Shown here in pieces: positions 1 through 14,400 of a stretch of DNA of 64,000 nucleotides. The stretch spans positions 310,001 through 374,000 of the forward strand of contig JAQGDQ010000087.1 in the NCBI GenBank assembly GCA_030141605.1, in the 5' to 3' direction. Every line of letters starts with the position of its first letter. Positions within the stretch are counted from its first letter, which is position 1. The notes below the pieces were generated by a model. The model saw nothing but the letters and a program-made list of their open reading frames with translations, ran no database searches and was not told the origin of the DNA. This DNA is from Tubiluchus corallicola. Its lineage: Eukaryota > Animalia > Priapulida. Made by a program: the position numbers and the translations under genes.

Positions 1-549
1 GACTCATATATATTGTACAGTAACCTTGTTATATGCATGTCTGTGAAATATGAATAGACCATATCATGCCATATTTGTTTAGAAACTGATTGGAATAGAA
101 AAACTCTGGTCTCCACTTAATTGCTTTCTTAGTCAGCACTAAATTATGAGCAGCTACACTTCTTTGGTCGGCATTGTAAAATGGAAAATTTCGTACATAA
201 GAATGTTTGGCAAGTGTACAAGTAGAAATGTTGTTTTTATGCGTAGAAGTATTAATCTGTTATGCAATGCCTATGATGACATATAGTTCAAATGAAAGAA
301 CATTTATTATAAGGAGATTTTTAAAAAGCTGTAATTGACCAGCTTGATCCTGTAAATTTTATCGTTCCACGCAGATTTGTTTATTGTTGTGCAACTATGG
401 TACTGATGTATTAGATTATATTGCTTTGAATTTTAATTCCACAAGACTGTGATTGATTTCAACATGCTGACGTAGATGTAGATAAACTGTAGTATAGTTT
501 CACATGTGAGTAGTACTGTGGTGTCTCAAAAAGACCACTTTTATTTCAG

Positions 550-3388
550 CACTGGCAAAAGTCGACGGATACGTGACGGCAACGATGCAAGTTCATCTGC
601 CACAAAAGTAAGTTTTTTATACTAAGATTTTATATAGTAGTAGTAATAGTGGTGGTGGTTTTGGTGATGGTGGTGGTGGTGGTGGTGGTAATAGACAATT
701 TTGACTTAAATTATTACCCATACAATGTGACAATATGTCAAGTAGATTGCACAAAAAGCCATCGGAAGAACAGAATATTCAAGGTGATACAAGAGTTACT
801 ATAAATGTTACACTCAGATAATGCAAGAGTCTTGCATTTTAAACAAACAGGCACTTAATCAATAATGTTGCGAGCAAAAAGTAAAACATTTTTAATTGTT
901 CCATTCATGCCATCTGGTATTGAAATGGTGGGCCCCTATATTTTGTCAGCTGTAAAGACAACAAAGAGAGTTTTGAGTCAAATTTTAGGAAAACTGATTT
1001 TGTTACCACCTTTAAAAGTTTTTATATTTGCATCTAGGTTTGAGGCAATGTATCTTGAAGAACACAAAACCCCTATTCCAACGCCAACACACAGCATGGA
1101 GCCGCCCGACTCTGTCATGACGGATGTTAGTCAGGACATGTCATACAGCGGCGGGGAAAGCGGGGACAATTTACCGAGGTGCGTTTCAGAATCTATCGCC
1201 CTCGATTCTTCATTGTGATCGAGTCGCGTATGGCATGTACGTAGTATTCTATTTCATCGTAACATGAGTAGGGCATAGTAAATGAATAGGGGAATCTATT
1301 AACAGTGGTGACGGTTTTACATTAATTAACCTTAGGTGATTTAATATGTCGCAGGTAATTTGTAGCATGGGTGTTTCTTAGAGCCTGTCACAATCTTGAG
1401 TAAACTGGTTAAACAGTTTTGTTTTACACTCATACAAGTCACTACGGCTTGCAGTACCAGTTACCCGTGGAGTTTTGGCCAGCATGCCATATATGCGAGG
1501 GGTTGTGAAAGATTGTAGTTTTAATAATACAATTTGGATTTTAATTCTACTAGAATATAATCTGTGTAGTGTCATACCAGAGTAATGGTACTGTGGTATC
1601 TAACACATGATTCCTCTGTTTTGCTTACTGCCCTCTTACTCGCACTCACTGCACACATCACATTATCATATATTTGTACACTTGATGTGCAATTTAAAAA
1701 TGATTTTTTTTGTTATCTTACTGAATACTGTCATCGTGTGCAATTGTACTAGTATATCGTTGAATATTTTGCTTTCAAGTTCCTTTTTAATATTTAGCTA
1801 TAGTGGTTACTGGTTGAGAGCTAGCTTGTGCTTGTTCATTGACAGTGTGATAACAACATATTTTTTAATTTACAATTTTTAATTTGCTGTTAACTTACTT
1901 TAAAGGCATCATTATAGATTCATTTGCTCCTAATTAATATGTGGGCACTTAACATACAACTAATCAATGTCGCCTTTTTCCCTTCTGTTCTGCTTGGTAA
2001 CAGCTACTTTCGTTTCAAATTTCTTATACTTGAAATTTATTTTGTGCACTTTTAATTCGTTTACATTGATACTAAGTTTTCAGTGTCCATATAATGTTAT
2101 GCATGATAACAGTTCATTGTGTACTACTTTGTTCACGAGATGTTGCATGCTGTAAGTGACTTTCTTATAAAAAATTTAATTAAATCTAATTCAACTATGA
2201 AATCATTAAAGACAGTCTCCAATAACATTTGTCTAAGTATAAATTATACTGATAGCTCTGTCACTTTGTAAACAGGAAATGATTGTGTGACATTAGTATA
2301 GTCTGCTGTTATTTAATTATGGGTGTTCAGTGAGATATCACGTGTGCTGATTGTGAATTTTAGTGAAACAGTGTCTTTTGTTAAAAACAAGAGACTTGTA
2401 AGATGCTCGCCATGCAGAGACTGGTAGTTTCACTATTTAGGGACCAGACTAGTTGACCATTTTGGTCTTTCGCCATCGCGCCCTTTACATATTGTTACGT
2501 AGTTTTCTGTATTTATTTGGAAGGCAAACAAATAAATTATTCTATTCTATTTGCAGATTTGGCAAAGATGGTATTTTTAGTCCTTTTCACTTAGATTCTT
2601 AGAATAGATGTGCAGAAGGATATTAGTAATTCTTCTAATAATTCTTCTAGAAAATAGACCAGTAACACTTTGCTAACACATGGCACATTTTATTTTACTA
2701 CAGCTGCGTAATTTTTCCGTGGCATTTTAAAGTCGACTACTATATGTTCTGCTTTAACAAGTTTCTTGCATCTTTAGTTTAATACTAAAAATGAAAAATC
2801 AACCTGGGCATTTTATTTTAACGACAAGCTAGAAAATTTCATTGGTTATGTCATGATAGACTAGTCTCACATTCGTGTTTTTGAAGTTTAATGAATGACA
2901 AATAGCATGGAGTAATGTTGGTAGATGCTGAACTTTATGCCTCACTATAGTTTCTGAGAGACGGCTATTTTGCATCTGAATTCGAACCTTTTCCTAAATG
3001 TACATCTTTACAAATTTTACCTGCTGTTTCATTCACAAGGACTTTTGGGCTTTTTGATGGAAAAAAATTGCATTTTGCTTGTAGAACCTGAATAAAACTA
3101 GAATGAAAACAAGCTGAATTTGCTGCTTTATTGTCTTCCTGCTTTGCCAATAGATGCCGCTATTTTATTATCTTCTAAAAAGCATGTTTTCAAATCAAAT
3201 GGTGGAAGCCCCTAAAATTTTCTGATCTTTTTTATTACAGTGAGGTACAGGACTTGATACTGGAAGGTCTGCTACAAAACAATGATAACATGCCAACTAT
3301 GGACATCGAGAGCCTTCTCAGTGGTGACGCTCAGTATCCACACAGTTTCAGCCCAGATCTGGACTTCTTGCAGTTGACGGGAGACTGA
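550..3388 (+). CDS. STAT: STAT transcription factor (STAT5-like), last three coding exons: 550-607, 1038-1178, 3241-3388
   Basis: AG/GT-bounded exons join in phase and read LAKVDGYVTATMQVHLPQK-FEAMYLEEHKTP...GDNLPS-EVQDLILEGLL...DLDFLQLTGD*. LAKVDGYV matches the STAT5 phosphotyrosine segment (LAKAVDGYVKPQ); Tyr codon at 570-572; acidic C-terminal tail; stop at 3386-3388. Confidence 0.85.
636..690. repeat. (TAG)n/(GGT)n microsatellite in STAT intron
   Basis: tagtagtagtaatagtggtggtggt...ggtggtggtggta seen directly. Confidence 0.85.
2439..2552 (+). mobile_element. CR1/L2-like retroelement 3' end
   Basis: gactagttgaccattttggtctttcgcc, then aataaa and an attctattctat tail; related copy at 18740-18866. 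Confidence 0.5.
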
Positions 3389-6300
3389 CAATGATGTTTG
3401 CTGGAGCAGTTTGCTACAGTGACGCTAACGATTAAGTTAGTGGCGCTATTAAAGCATTTATGTTAACCACGTTTATTCATTTCACGTGTAAAACTGGCGT
3501 AAGCAAGACGATCGTCCAGCCACTTACAACATTATATCTCTGCTGGCGGTAAAGTGTCTTGCTGTAAGGCAAAGCTGTGCATAAGTGTTGTCTTTGCAGT
3601 GAATGTTGAGGACAAGGGCATCCTGTAATCTCCCAACTCATTTAGTCTCTTACGAACATGGTGAATTATGTTGTTTGTGTTGTTGTTATTGTGTGGATAC
3701 TAGATAAATGGTCACTATACAATCTTTGCTCTTTAATTTTAGCAATTGTTCTTAAACCTCGAGCTCTCCGTCTTTTATAAAAATTTGTATTGTATGTCAT
3801 TGGACATTCATATGCTTACTGTATCAAAGAAATTGGCTTTTTGCCGTCAAAAAGTTAGTAAAACTTTGATAATACATTGTTTTCTGACTGATTTCTCAAA
3901 ACAAGTTGACTGAAATCTGTTGATAGTTGCATCAGATTATCGCTACATTTCTTTGGTTTTAAGAGACATCTTTTTGTGAACTGAAACTCGATTAGCGACT
4001 AAAATTGAAAAACCAGGAAGCAGCTGTAGCTTTCGTACAGCCACATTTGACTTCTTTGGCAAATTTGTTTACATTACCATTCATTTTGTCCCGTATTGCA
4101 GTATTGTTTTGTAGCAGAAAGATTGATTCTACAGCAGATGTAACCAAATTAACTGTGATAGCTAATAAAATAAACTGTTGTTTCTTATACAATTATGTGC
4201 CTCCTGTGTTAGCCGCACTCTTATATGATTCAATCAGATTAAATTATTGATTGTACTGACAATTGATGTCTGTTTGGTTGCACTATTCACACAGTAGCAA
4301 GTGATTTAATGCCTTCTGTTTTTATTTATATTTTTTCCTGCTTAAAGAGAGTTATTTTTATGGCATATAGGCTTATAGCATGCATTGAGAAAACAAATAA
4401 AAGATTTTTTTGTGGGTCAGTTGTAAACATTCATTTCTGATTTGTCTTATGCCTTGCTAGAGTGTAGGATATTACATTATTAGATCATTTTTCGTGTGCA
4501 AATTATTTTTGTAATGTTGATACTAATTTAAAGTGTTCACGAAAACAGTGTATTCCTGCACTGCTCATTGGCAGTGCTTTAGGAACATAAGTACAACCAG
4601 TATCGGTACGTAATTTCAGGCATTAGCACATAAAAACCTCTCAAGAAATTGTTTGAAATCGAAGCTCTCACAGCTTGCTGCTTTGTTGAATGTATGTTGT
4701 CCATCGAATTATACATTGGACAAGTTCATATAAGTTTGCGGCTAACTTTACTTTTCGGCTGGAAGCATACATCGTATACATTGCTGGATCGTGTAAATTT
4801 TTATTATATTATTTCTGTTATTTAAAATTCTATTCCCATTTATGATGCAAAGGAATCATGCTCTTATTATTTAATTTTAATTTAAGAAGATTATTGGAAT
4901 TTATCGCAAGTCGATTTCAATGTAATTTGTAATTGTTGTTTATTAATCAAGTACTATATCAAGTATAAACTACCAACATTTAATGTTATTTTTGCCTACA
5001 TGATAATATTTCTAATTGTCTGTGTGCACTTATGTATTTTTGCAGCTTGTATGCTGAGCTATGTATTTGACCATCAATTTTTTTAGGGAAATTAATTGGA
5101 ATGTGGAAATTCGTGATTCCCTGCCATTCATTTATAGAATTGAGTTTATCATTGTGACTGGTAGCTACCATGATCATACCATTATATGCTATTAAATTGA
5201 GCTTCATTTGATGCACTTAAAATCAAAAATTAATTTTGCCATGATACCTACAGTTCTGCAAAAGCTTTTGCATGATATTTTCACATAAATACACTTAATG
5301 GCAACTAAGGTACTGAATACTACTAAATTAGTATCATAACAATAATTGTAACTGCATAATTGATGATATTTGTGCCAAGCTGATCGTTGTCTCAGTAGCA
5401 CTTGCAAAGTGTCTCGCAATTGTTGTATTGATTTTTCGTGATAATCGTGTATTCTGTCTAACTATATTATTGTTTCTGTATTTTTTTACTTCTGTGTTTT
5501 ACATCCAATACAGGAATTTTTCCCTTTGTGGCCTGATTTGTAGTAATTTCTGTGTGTACATTTGTAAGAAAACAGCACGCATTGTAAGTATAGGAAATAC
5601 AAAAATTTATCAGTATTGGTAGCATAATTCTACTGACTATTTTAAATTTGACTTTTAATCTTTATCCATTGAGAAATTACTGATCTTTAATTAGGTGAAT
5701 TTCGAAATTTGATAGCCTTTATGAAAGTTTTGCTGTAGCCTTGATGCGATTATTCGATTTTTGCATAGTTTTGTTCATGTGTTTTGTAATTTTCTGTAGT
5801 AGTAGTGCCACATGGGTAGAGTAAGACCATGTATGTTGTTTGTTTAGAAGTGAGTTATACGGGAGTTATCAACGAGTATGAATGCAACGCATGAATGTGT
5901 AGCTTTAGCCTTGCATCAGTGTGTGTAATGACTGCTAACTTTTTTGGAGAGCAGACTTTGTTCAACCTGTTTGATTTTGATAAATGTAAATCGTGCAATA
6001 TTATTTTATACCACAATCGTAATGTGGAAACGATTCTTGAGAATACCTATTGAATGTAACTATACCTTGATTGTAACTGTTATGACTGGTGAGATATAAT
6101 GTTGTATTTTTTGTGCATAATAGACCGGTGCTGTCGAATTAGTTACACTCTTTAACATATTCAGCTTCAAGGATATTTAGTTAAAGTTTTATTAACCAGC
6201 TGTTTTAGACTAGAAGCTTCTCATTAGTTATTACCATTATTAACAGATTCTGAAGAGACAATCCTATTTGTGTCATCAAATTGACAATAAAAGTTTAATT

Positions 6301-8118
6301 TACAATGCAAAAGCATTTAACTGGCTGTATTAGTTTTCTGTGAGCAACCAATGTAATGTCAAAAAATAAATAAACTGCTCTTTCTCATTGTGTGCTCAAA
6401 TTAAGGTTTTTTGACATGCTTGTTTTTGTTAACTTTGACATATAAAGGTGTGAAATAATGTGCTTGAATGGTAAAAATCGTAACATGTACTGTGGTGTTC
6501 AGAAAAACCAGACGTGGCACTCGAGAGAGTAACACCACTACCGTTTAGCAGTTAGGGGATCAGCCACTCAGCTTCAAGTTTGCTTGAAAAGTTTTTCCAT
6601 GCAAAAACCTGTTCGATGATTACAGAGAGAAAAAACAACTTCAAATTGCTCCTGTTTTCAAGAATGTTCCAACAAAAATTAACTTATTCCAATAAAATAA
6701 CTGATTCTTTAAGACAAACACTCTTCTGTGTACAAACTCATTCACACCATAATAATTACTACCATGACGAAACTAGTCACACCATTTTATACCAACCGGT
6801 TTGGGACTGTAAAAGTTGGATAAGTAAGTATGACATTATAACATTATGAACTATATTAATACATACATGTCTGTACAAATATAGAAATTTTGTTTTTGCC
6901 AAAAATATGAGCATTAAGCAAGGTCAGTATTATGAAAAAGGCCACTATAACGAGGTTTGATTGTATCACTAATAGTCTGTTATTACATGGTGCTTTCTGC
7001 CATGCAGCCAGTGTCTCCATGTTGATTGGATGGTTTCTCATACAAATCTAAATGAGTCAACATTATACACTGTCAAAATGTTCTGAATCATGTTTCTTAA
7101 ATTAATTAAAGAATTATATATATAAAGTTTGTGCACACAAGCCAAAAAATTAGACGAGCAAATGTTTCGCACAAAATCCAGAACATTTGAATTGTTCTGA
7201 TCTGATTTACTCTACCAATTCCAGAACCGATACATAGACATCTCGTTGGTGGGTGGCAATTGTTTTACCCAATGCCGCAGTTTGTTGTTTCATCTATTGG
7301 TGACCAATTTCAAATGATAATTGCTTGAAACAAATCCCACTTTGACAAAAATAATTGTCAGAACATCAAGTTTAATTCCTGGACATCAGCATTGTAAATT
7401 TCATAGCTCTTCGGTTTACAGGCCTTGCCAAACACAGACTGCACTATTAAATCATAATATAATCTTTACATAGAAGTCAGTCGTCACTTGTTCTTTAACA
7501 TGAATTGAGGAGAAACTGAAAGTCAAAACAAGTCAGCATATAAACAAACAATTTTTCTCAATAATTTTATTTGCTGCATTTTTTAATCAGAAACTAGAAG
7601 TTTAATTATTTTATAACCACCTTTTTGTGCAAGATGTTTCTTGCATGTGCAAGCACAATAATAATGAATGAAAAATTTCTGGGTAACTATACTAACAAAA
7701 CTGCTCAAAGACACGTTTACAACTGCTGTAAATATATGAACTATTTTTAACTACAAAGGTTAAAACTAACAAGCAGAGAAAAATTAAAATCAAGAGAGAT
7801 AGAAGAAACACAACAATTATGTTTTCAAATATAGCTTAAGCAAAATTTTACAATATTAAGACAGCATAAAACATTAAATTTTGTCACCTGTTGATGCACA
7901 TTTGATTTTGAAAACAAACATCTTTTTCAAATTTAGAAAGAATCAACAATTCCGTCTAATAATAACCCCCTTGTCTAAGAACAATTCAATTCAGACTTTC
8001 AAGACACATTTACGATAGAAAATTTTTACATAAACCTGAAAATTTGATAATGAACAAAGACGGAGTGGCATGTCATCAAATCAAGTCCACCCGCAAATCA
8101 AAACATCAATACAATTTA

Positions 8119-8304
8119 CAACCAAACCTCATTATAACGCCTCCTTTTGTAATATCAACCTCGCTTAATGCCCAAGTTTTTTAGCAAAACAAAATGTCTA
8201 TGTGTGCACTGACATGCATATATTAATGCATCTCGTTATAATGACAAACTCGTTATAACGCCAACTTGCAGTCCCAAAGTGGGCGGTATAAAGAGGTTCG
8301 ACTG
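8119..8304. mobile_element. Tc1/mariner-pogo type MITE
   Basis: Imperfect TIRs caaccaaacctcattataacgcc / ggcggtataaagaggttcgactg with TA on both sides; a lone related end at about 6941-6965. Confidence 0.75.
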
Positions 8305-8769
8305 TACTTTACTTTCTTAAGTGTTAGTTATACAATAGTGTGGTAATGGTTGCCCTGCTAAACACTAAAACATGCTAATTACACAATTAAACTACCTACT
8401 TTTATTATTACAAAGATGTTAAATTTACAATATGATGGACACACACGTTGATAAACAGCAAAGTTAACCAACAGTAAGGTGAACATTGTACTGCAGTGTG
8501 GGCGGAACTGCAGGGGAGCTTTTAACACAAAAAACTGACAAATTAATTGATTATTAATTTTATTGCCTATAAAGGTACACTGACTGACACAAAGTTGCCA
8601 TGCTATCTGAATACCTAAATATTGACCAATGTTTTTTAGCGATGTAGAAAATTTTAAGTTGGTGCAGTTGATAGTGACAAATGAGTCACTGTCACTATTT
8701 AAACTACTTGCTCGATATCCGCGTAGAACGCCTTCACCTTGTACCAATTTGCGACGTACCGCAATGCCC

Positions 8770-9260
8770 TATGCCACATCCCTGTGTACTACCTTGTCAT
8801 GTACCACCTCCCTGTGTACTATATGGCAATGTACTGCCTTCCTGTGTACTATCTTGCCATTTGCCACCTCCCTGTGTACTATATGGCAATGTACTGCCTT
8901 CCTGTGTACTATCTTGCCATTTGCCACCTCCCTGTGTACTATATGGCCACCTACTGCCTCCCTGTGTAGTATCTTGCCATGTACCACCCATCAGTGTACT
9001 ATCTTGCCATGTGCCACCTCCCTGTGTACTATCTTGCAATGAACCACCTTCCAGTGTACTATCTTGCAATGAACCACCTTCCTGTGTACTACCTTGCCAT
9101 GTGGTACCTACCAGTGCACTATCTTGCCATGTGCCGCCTCCCTGTGTACTATCTTGCAATGAACCACCTTCCTGTGTACTACCTTGCCATGTGGTACCTA
9201 CCAGTGCAGTATCTTGCCATGTGCCGCCTCACTGTGTACTATCTTGCCATGTACTGCCTC
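8770..9260. repeat. 30-bp minisatellite (about 16 units) with 60- and 90-bp higher-order repeats
   Basis: Unit about cctgtgtactatcttgccatgtgccacctc; 8821-8880 is identical to 8881-8940; 9061-9150 nearly equals 9151-9240. Confidence 0.95.
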
Positions 9261-10419
9261 AGGATGGTACAAAGCAAGGCAGTTTGCTGCAGTGCAGTAC
9301 AGGGGAAAGTTGAGCAAGTGTGTGAATGGTACAATGTAGTACACACTTATCATGCCACAGTATTTGGATAACATTTCCAATTCAGACTTGGGAGTTAAAT
9401 CCCACTAAATTTCAGTTATTTTAAGGTCAGACTTATGTGCTGAAACGTATTTCCAAGGTCATTTCCAAACCAGATTTGGGTTATGAGGATAACGTATTAA
9501 AACAAAGTAAGAGCTTCGGATGTATAACGGGTTAAACACCATAGTACTAAATAGGTCTTAACACCAAGTCTTGGAAATGTTATCTAAAAACTGATACATT
9601 ATAAATGTGTACTACGTGGTATGTTCCTGTTTGTCGACATCTTCATGCACTGCGGCACTAGGTATTGCCTCGCCTTATACAGTAGTGCCATGTACCACAC
9701 TGTGCATTGCGGGTCAATGTACGGTGAGGCAGTACACAGTGAGGTACAATACGAGGTTAAAACGGGGAAGTAATCTGTTGCTGGAAACGCATATCCCTGT
9801 AATGAGAGTGCTGTCCGCGTAGAGCTTTCTTGCTTCCTTCAGTGATATGGGGGAAAAGCTTGACTGTGTTGGCATAGCAGTAAATGTGGTCCTAATACCT
9901 TATAGATGAGCATTTTTTCAATGGCAAAGCTAAGTAAACTACATATCCTCATGAGCCCTTTGCCTATAGCTGTATCTAGTAACACTTGGCCCTGTCTGTT
10001 CCCCTTGTCAAAATTAGGTGTTCAACATGGCAACATTACTTCTACAGAAGCATAATTTTTATCTGACTTAGAGTACAGGTGGTAGTGCTTCACCATGAAT
10101 GTTCTGAACAACAACTTGGTCTTAACTTTCTGCCCTTCTCTAGTGTTGAACGTAGCAATGTGCACATGACCTTCCCTTTTTTATTGTGCTGTTGCACATT
10201 TATTGCACACTCATGCAGAGGTAAGTTTTCATTGCAGTTCTTTATCAACAAATAGTCTGACAACATGTTTGTTAATTTAACAACAGGCTCTTTTCTGTTT
10301 GTCCATTTTGGTATCATCTGACTGGCTTCATATAGACTAGTGTCTTTATGTGCAACTGACTGCATTGATCTCTCTCATCACCTTTACCATCATCAACAAT
10401 CTGCTTCTACATTCTTAAA

Positions 10420-10740
10420 CATAGGGCGCTCCACCTGTTGATGCCATGCGCTCTTGTCCACTGTCACCACCCAAGGTGCACTACCTTAGGTTTAGTGTTG
10501 TAATTGCTAAATCTTTACATCAGCAGTTGACCCCGTCCCTGTCTCAACTTTTTTGTCGTTTCAAGAGTTTGGTTTATTCAAAAGATTGTTCTTCACTACA
10601 TCATACAGATCATCATTGGAAACTCTGTTTGGCCATTTAATTCTATCCATACAGATGTCTCTGAGATATAATTTTCGATAGAGACGTTTTTCAAAAGTGT
10701 AAATTTCCTTCTGCTGTTTAATTTCATTGTCTATAGCTCA
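10420..10740 (-). mobile_element. Decayed RTE-like LINE ORF C-terminal fragment
   Basis: Minus-strand translation EIYTFEKRLYRK...RIKWPNRVSNDDLY resembles the RTE post-RT motif (R.IL.I.W...ISNEELY); contains stops and frameshifts. Confidence 0.6.
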
Positions 10741-11417
10741 TCAATTCAGGAATAGCTCAATTCCTGAATTAATGTCGAGCAAGTGCGAACGTCCCTCATA
10801 GTGTCCACTATTATGCTAAGTAAAATATTTTATGCAACTCTTAACTAACAGGACGTCAAGTGCTGCTCTACATGCTGCATTCAAGAAGAATCATGTGCAA
10901 CTTTTTCACAATAAATTAACAAAAAGTTTCTTACTGCACACAGATTTATGCATAATTACACAAAACAATGACAAAATGTTTGCAAAAAGTGCTATTTAGG
11001 CTTGTGGATAATGAATGCTGAAAACTCAGCATCTGGGAATATCATCTGCTAATGTTAGACAAAGCACACGTCCTTACACGACATGAACATGTATAGCAGT
11101 TAATGAGACACACTTATCTGACAAAAATGTGAATTCAGGTAGTGTTGGTAATAAGTAAACAATACTTCAAAGCTTTTAAACTTGTAAGAAATAATGCCGT
11201 TTTTGAACAATTTTTGTTACATATTATTTTCAATTACAAATTGTCTATTGATAAGCTAGTCCTACCTGGATTTCTGTTTTCTGTGAATATAAAAATATAT
11301 GACAATAAAGTACTCTGACCAGCTTCTTACATGTCATAGCTTTAAAATTAATCAAAGAAGACAAAGATTTTTGATCTAAACTGTATTCACTTTGGAGTAC
11401 CTAAGTTCGTTAGGTGT

Positions 11418-14400
11418 TTACTTGCTGAATATCTTCAGTGTTCTATCCATGGACGTAGTTGCTACAAATTGAGAATTCATGCCGAATTTCACTCCGGTAA
11501 CTAACTGTGAGTGATCCGTAAACACTCCCAATTCCTGCCACTGCTTGCACAGGTAAATCCTACAAGGCAAAAATATCTGTGTTAGGAAAATGTCAGATCC
11601 AATTATCAGAGCCATTGCTCAGTTTCATAATGACAAAAAAAAACTGTAGAAATACATGTATGGTAGCAAAGACAATGGCAGTTATGGAGAACAAACCCCA
11701 GCATATACACCCCTTTTTAATACTGCTTTAGTCACCTGCAGGCCCAAAAGACTTATGTAGAGAGTACAAACGATTTCAAATTTTTTCCATCTTAGATTTT
11801 CAATTTCAACTGAAATTTTCCAATAGATAAATTGTAAGCTGCATTTAGAACCGACCACCTTGACGACGTAACACGCGTTCTCACAAACACTCACTTGCCG
11901 CAAGTCGCTACAGTATATAAACAAGCACGGAAAACATGGAGAATGGGTGCATTTTAAGTGAATAATTGGCGATTCTGCAAAATGTATCTTTGTGCTACTT
12001 ACCAAATTATAAGAACTTGTATAGTAAATTCTTACAAAGACGATTCAATTATCATATGCAAGGATATGTGCATGATATCAAGATTTATCAAGTTTCAAAC
12101 ATGGTTACAATGAAGGCGCTAGTTTGTATAAAAGTTACAACAAAGTGCTAAAATAACAAATATGAAATGGTGCGTCAGCTTTGCTTCACATTTCGTGTAA
12201 AGCAAAGTTTTTATAACTTGTTTTAGAATATCTTGTTGCAGTGTGTTAAGTCCTGATTTAGCACAACACATTCTACATGTAGCCAGCAGTAATAACAAAA
12301 CTTTAGAAAACTTGGTAGCCAAGCCCCAACAATCGAAAAACAAATAAAACTAAAAAAAGTGCCTCATTGGCCACTGCAATATGGACCCCTGCTTCTGTGA
12401 TCTATCTATTCTGTGATCTATCCTGAACAGGAAGTTCGATTTTGACTTCCTGTTAAATTGCACACAACACGAGCATTAGGATTCTTGGTGCTCTCTGCAA
12501 AAAATTCTCTTGTTGAAACTTCTTTAACTAGCTTGTACTGTGATTTGACAGTGCATGATCCAGACAAACCTTTAGCGTATGTGCGCTTGCATAAAAGAAA
12601 CCGAATATAATGCATCTTGCCAAAAAATGAAACAGGGAAGTTAAAGCCCGAAAAATCAAATTTTTAATCCAATTTTCAGTTGGTTTTCAATTTTTTAGAA
12701 CCAATTTTCAGGATTTTCGATTGTAGTGTAATAAATGTTTGCACTCTACTGGCACAGTGGGTTATTATTATTATCCTACTTAAATTCTATTAAAAATCTT
12801 ATTTATAATGACTTTGCGATGTAACAGTAATATTTAATGCAAAACTAATATTTAAATTTTTGTGATGCAAACGTCAATTGAAGAAGCAGAGAGTACCCTT
12901 TTAGAAAAATAAATGTATTTTTTGCAATTGAAAAATATGGGTCTACTACACTCTGCTAAATAGTATACAAAAAGAACATTGTAAACCTAGCTCATTTAAA
13001 TGCTTAATCTTAAACCTTATATTTAAACATACCTAACATCTGTACCAGCCACGGCCAAATAGGTTCCACTCTGATCAAACGACAAGCTTTTCACCTTAAC
13101 AAACAAGCAAACATTTTAACAAAAGATTTTTAACCTGATTGAATATGTTGGCCTCAGATAAGTACAAAAGAATCAGCGAGCACAATTACATGAAATTATC
13201 ACAATGCTACTTGCTTATTTATTGAAAAATATTATAGTTATAATAAAAAAACAAACCGCAAAATCACTTGTGGTAATTAGAACATTTTTATGTCTCTCCA
13301 AGTAATAAAAACTTGTTACTACAGCATAAGCAATTAACTGTGACAAAAAGTTGATCATATTCACAAATAACAACTTTAGGTAGTGACACACATGCACTCT
13401 GTCAGCCAGCTGTCTACGACTCGATTTACTTACAAAAGGCTCATATACAACTATACTCTAGCCGTATGACTGTATTGAATTTTTAAATTAATGACAATTT
13501 TTGACATGCTGGGAATGCTTTGACAGCCACTTCTCTGGACACACTGAGATCAAAGAAGTTGTTTCTACTACAGTTGAATAACTGTGACACACGTATGATT
13601 TTAGTTACACAAATTTTAGCTAAACAAGTAATAGTAATCAACAGTCAGCACCCCAATTGACACATGACCAGAAAGAGCAGTCACCTCATAATTTTCATCC
13701 AAAGCAATTGTCTTGAAATTTTTCAGTTTTCTCAAATCCCACAGTTTTACAACTGAATCATCAGCAGATGTGGCCAAATAATATCCATTCTCAGAAAATG
13801 CTGAAAACAGGGAAAACACATTTATTATCATACTCTTCATAAGAATGCATTAACAGCTAGCTATAAGATCGTAAATTGATGATACCAAATAATCCTCTCA
13901 AAAAGCAACAAAGATTCAACACTTATAAAGGTTACAAAAATGCCTAAATCCTAATATCATAAAATGCAATGAATATATTTTAGTCAGTCATTGCCTATGT
14001 GTGGCAAATGATTACCAAGTATAAATTTTTCTATATAATGAAGTCTTGAATTTGAAACTTGCAAAGTGACAAGAGAGAAATGTACATTGGGCAGCAAAGT
14101 TCTGCAAACCTAAACTTACTTTCTGAAAAACAACAACATGAAACATGACATGTTAGATGTGGTTTATGCTTACAAATAGCTGTAATTGGTCCAGAATGAC
14201 CAGGAAAGTTCGCCACATTAGTTCTCTCTTTCAAATCCCAGATCTTAATCATGGAATCTGCAGTTCCTGTCCCAAAAATCAGACCATCTGGATGGAATTG
14301 TGCACAAGTTAGAGCTGGAAAATATTAATGAAAAAGAATAGCATGTTACACAGATTACTAGAAACTGCAAATGGTTTAACTATATAGCTATTGCTCATAA

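Noticed and set aside
6975-7440. Short exon-like minus-strand stretches as possible missing KNTC1 exons
   Set aside because: No recognisable similarity to the Rod C-terminus and interrupted by stops
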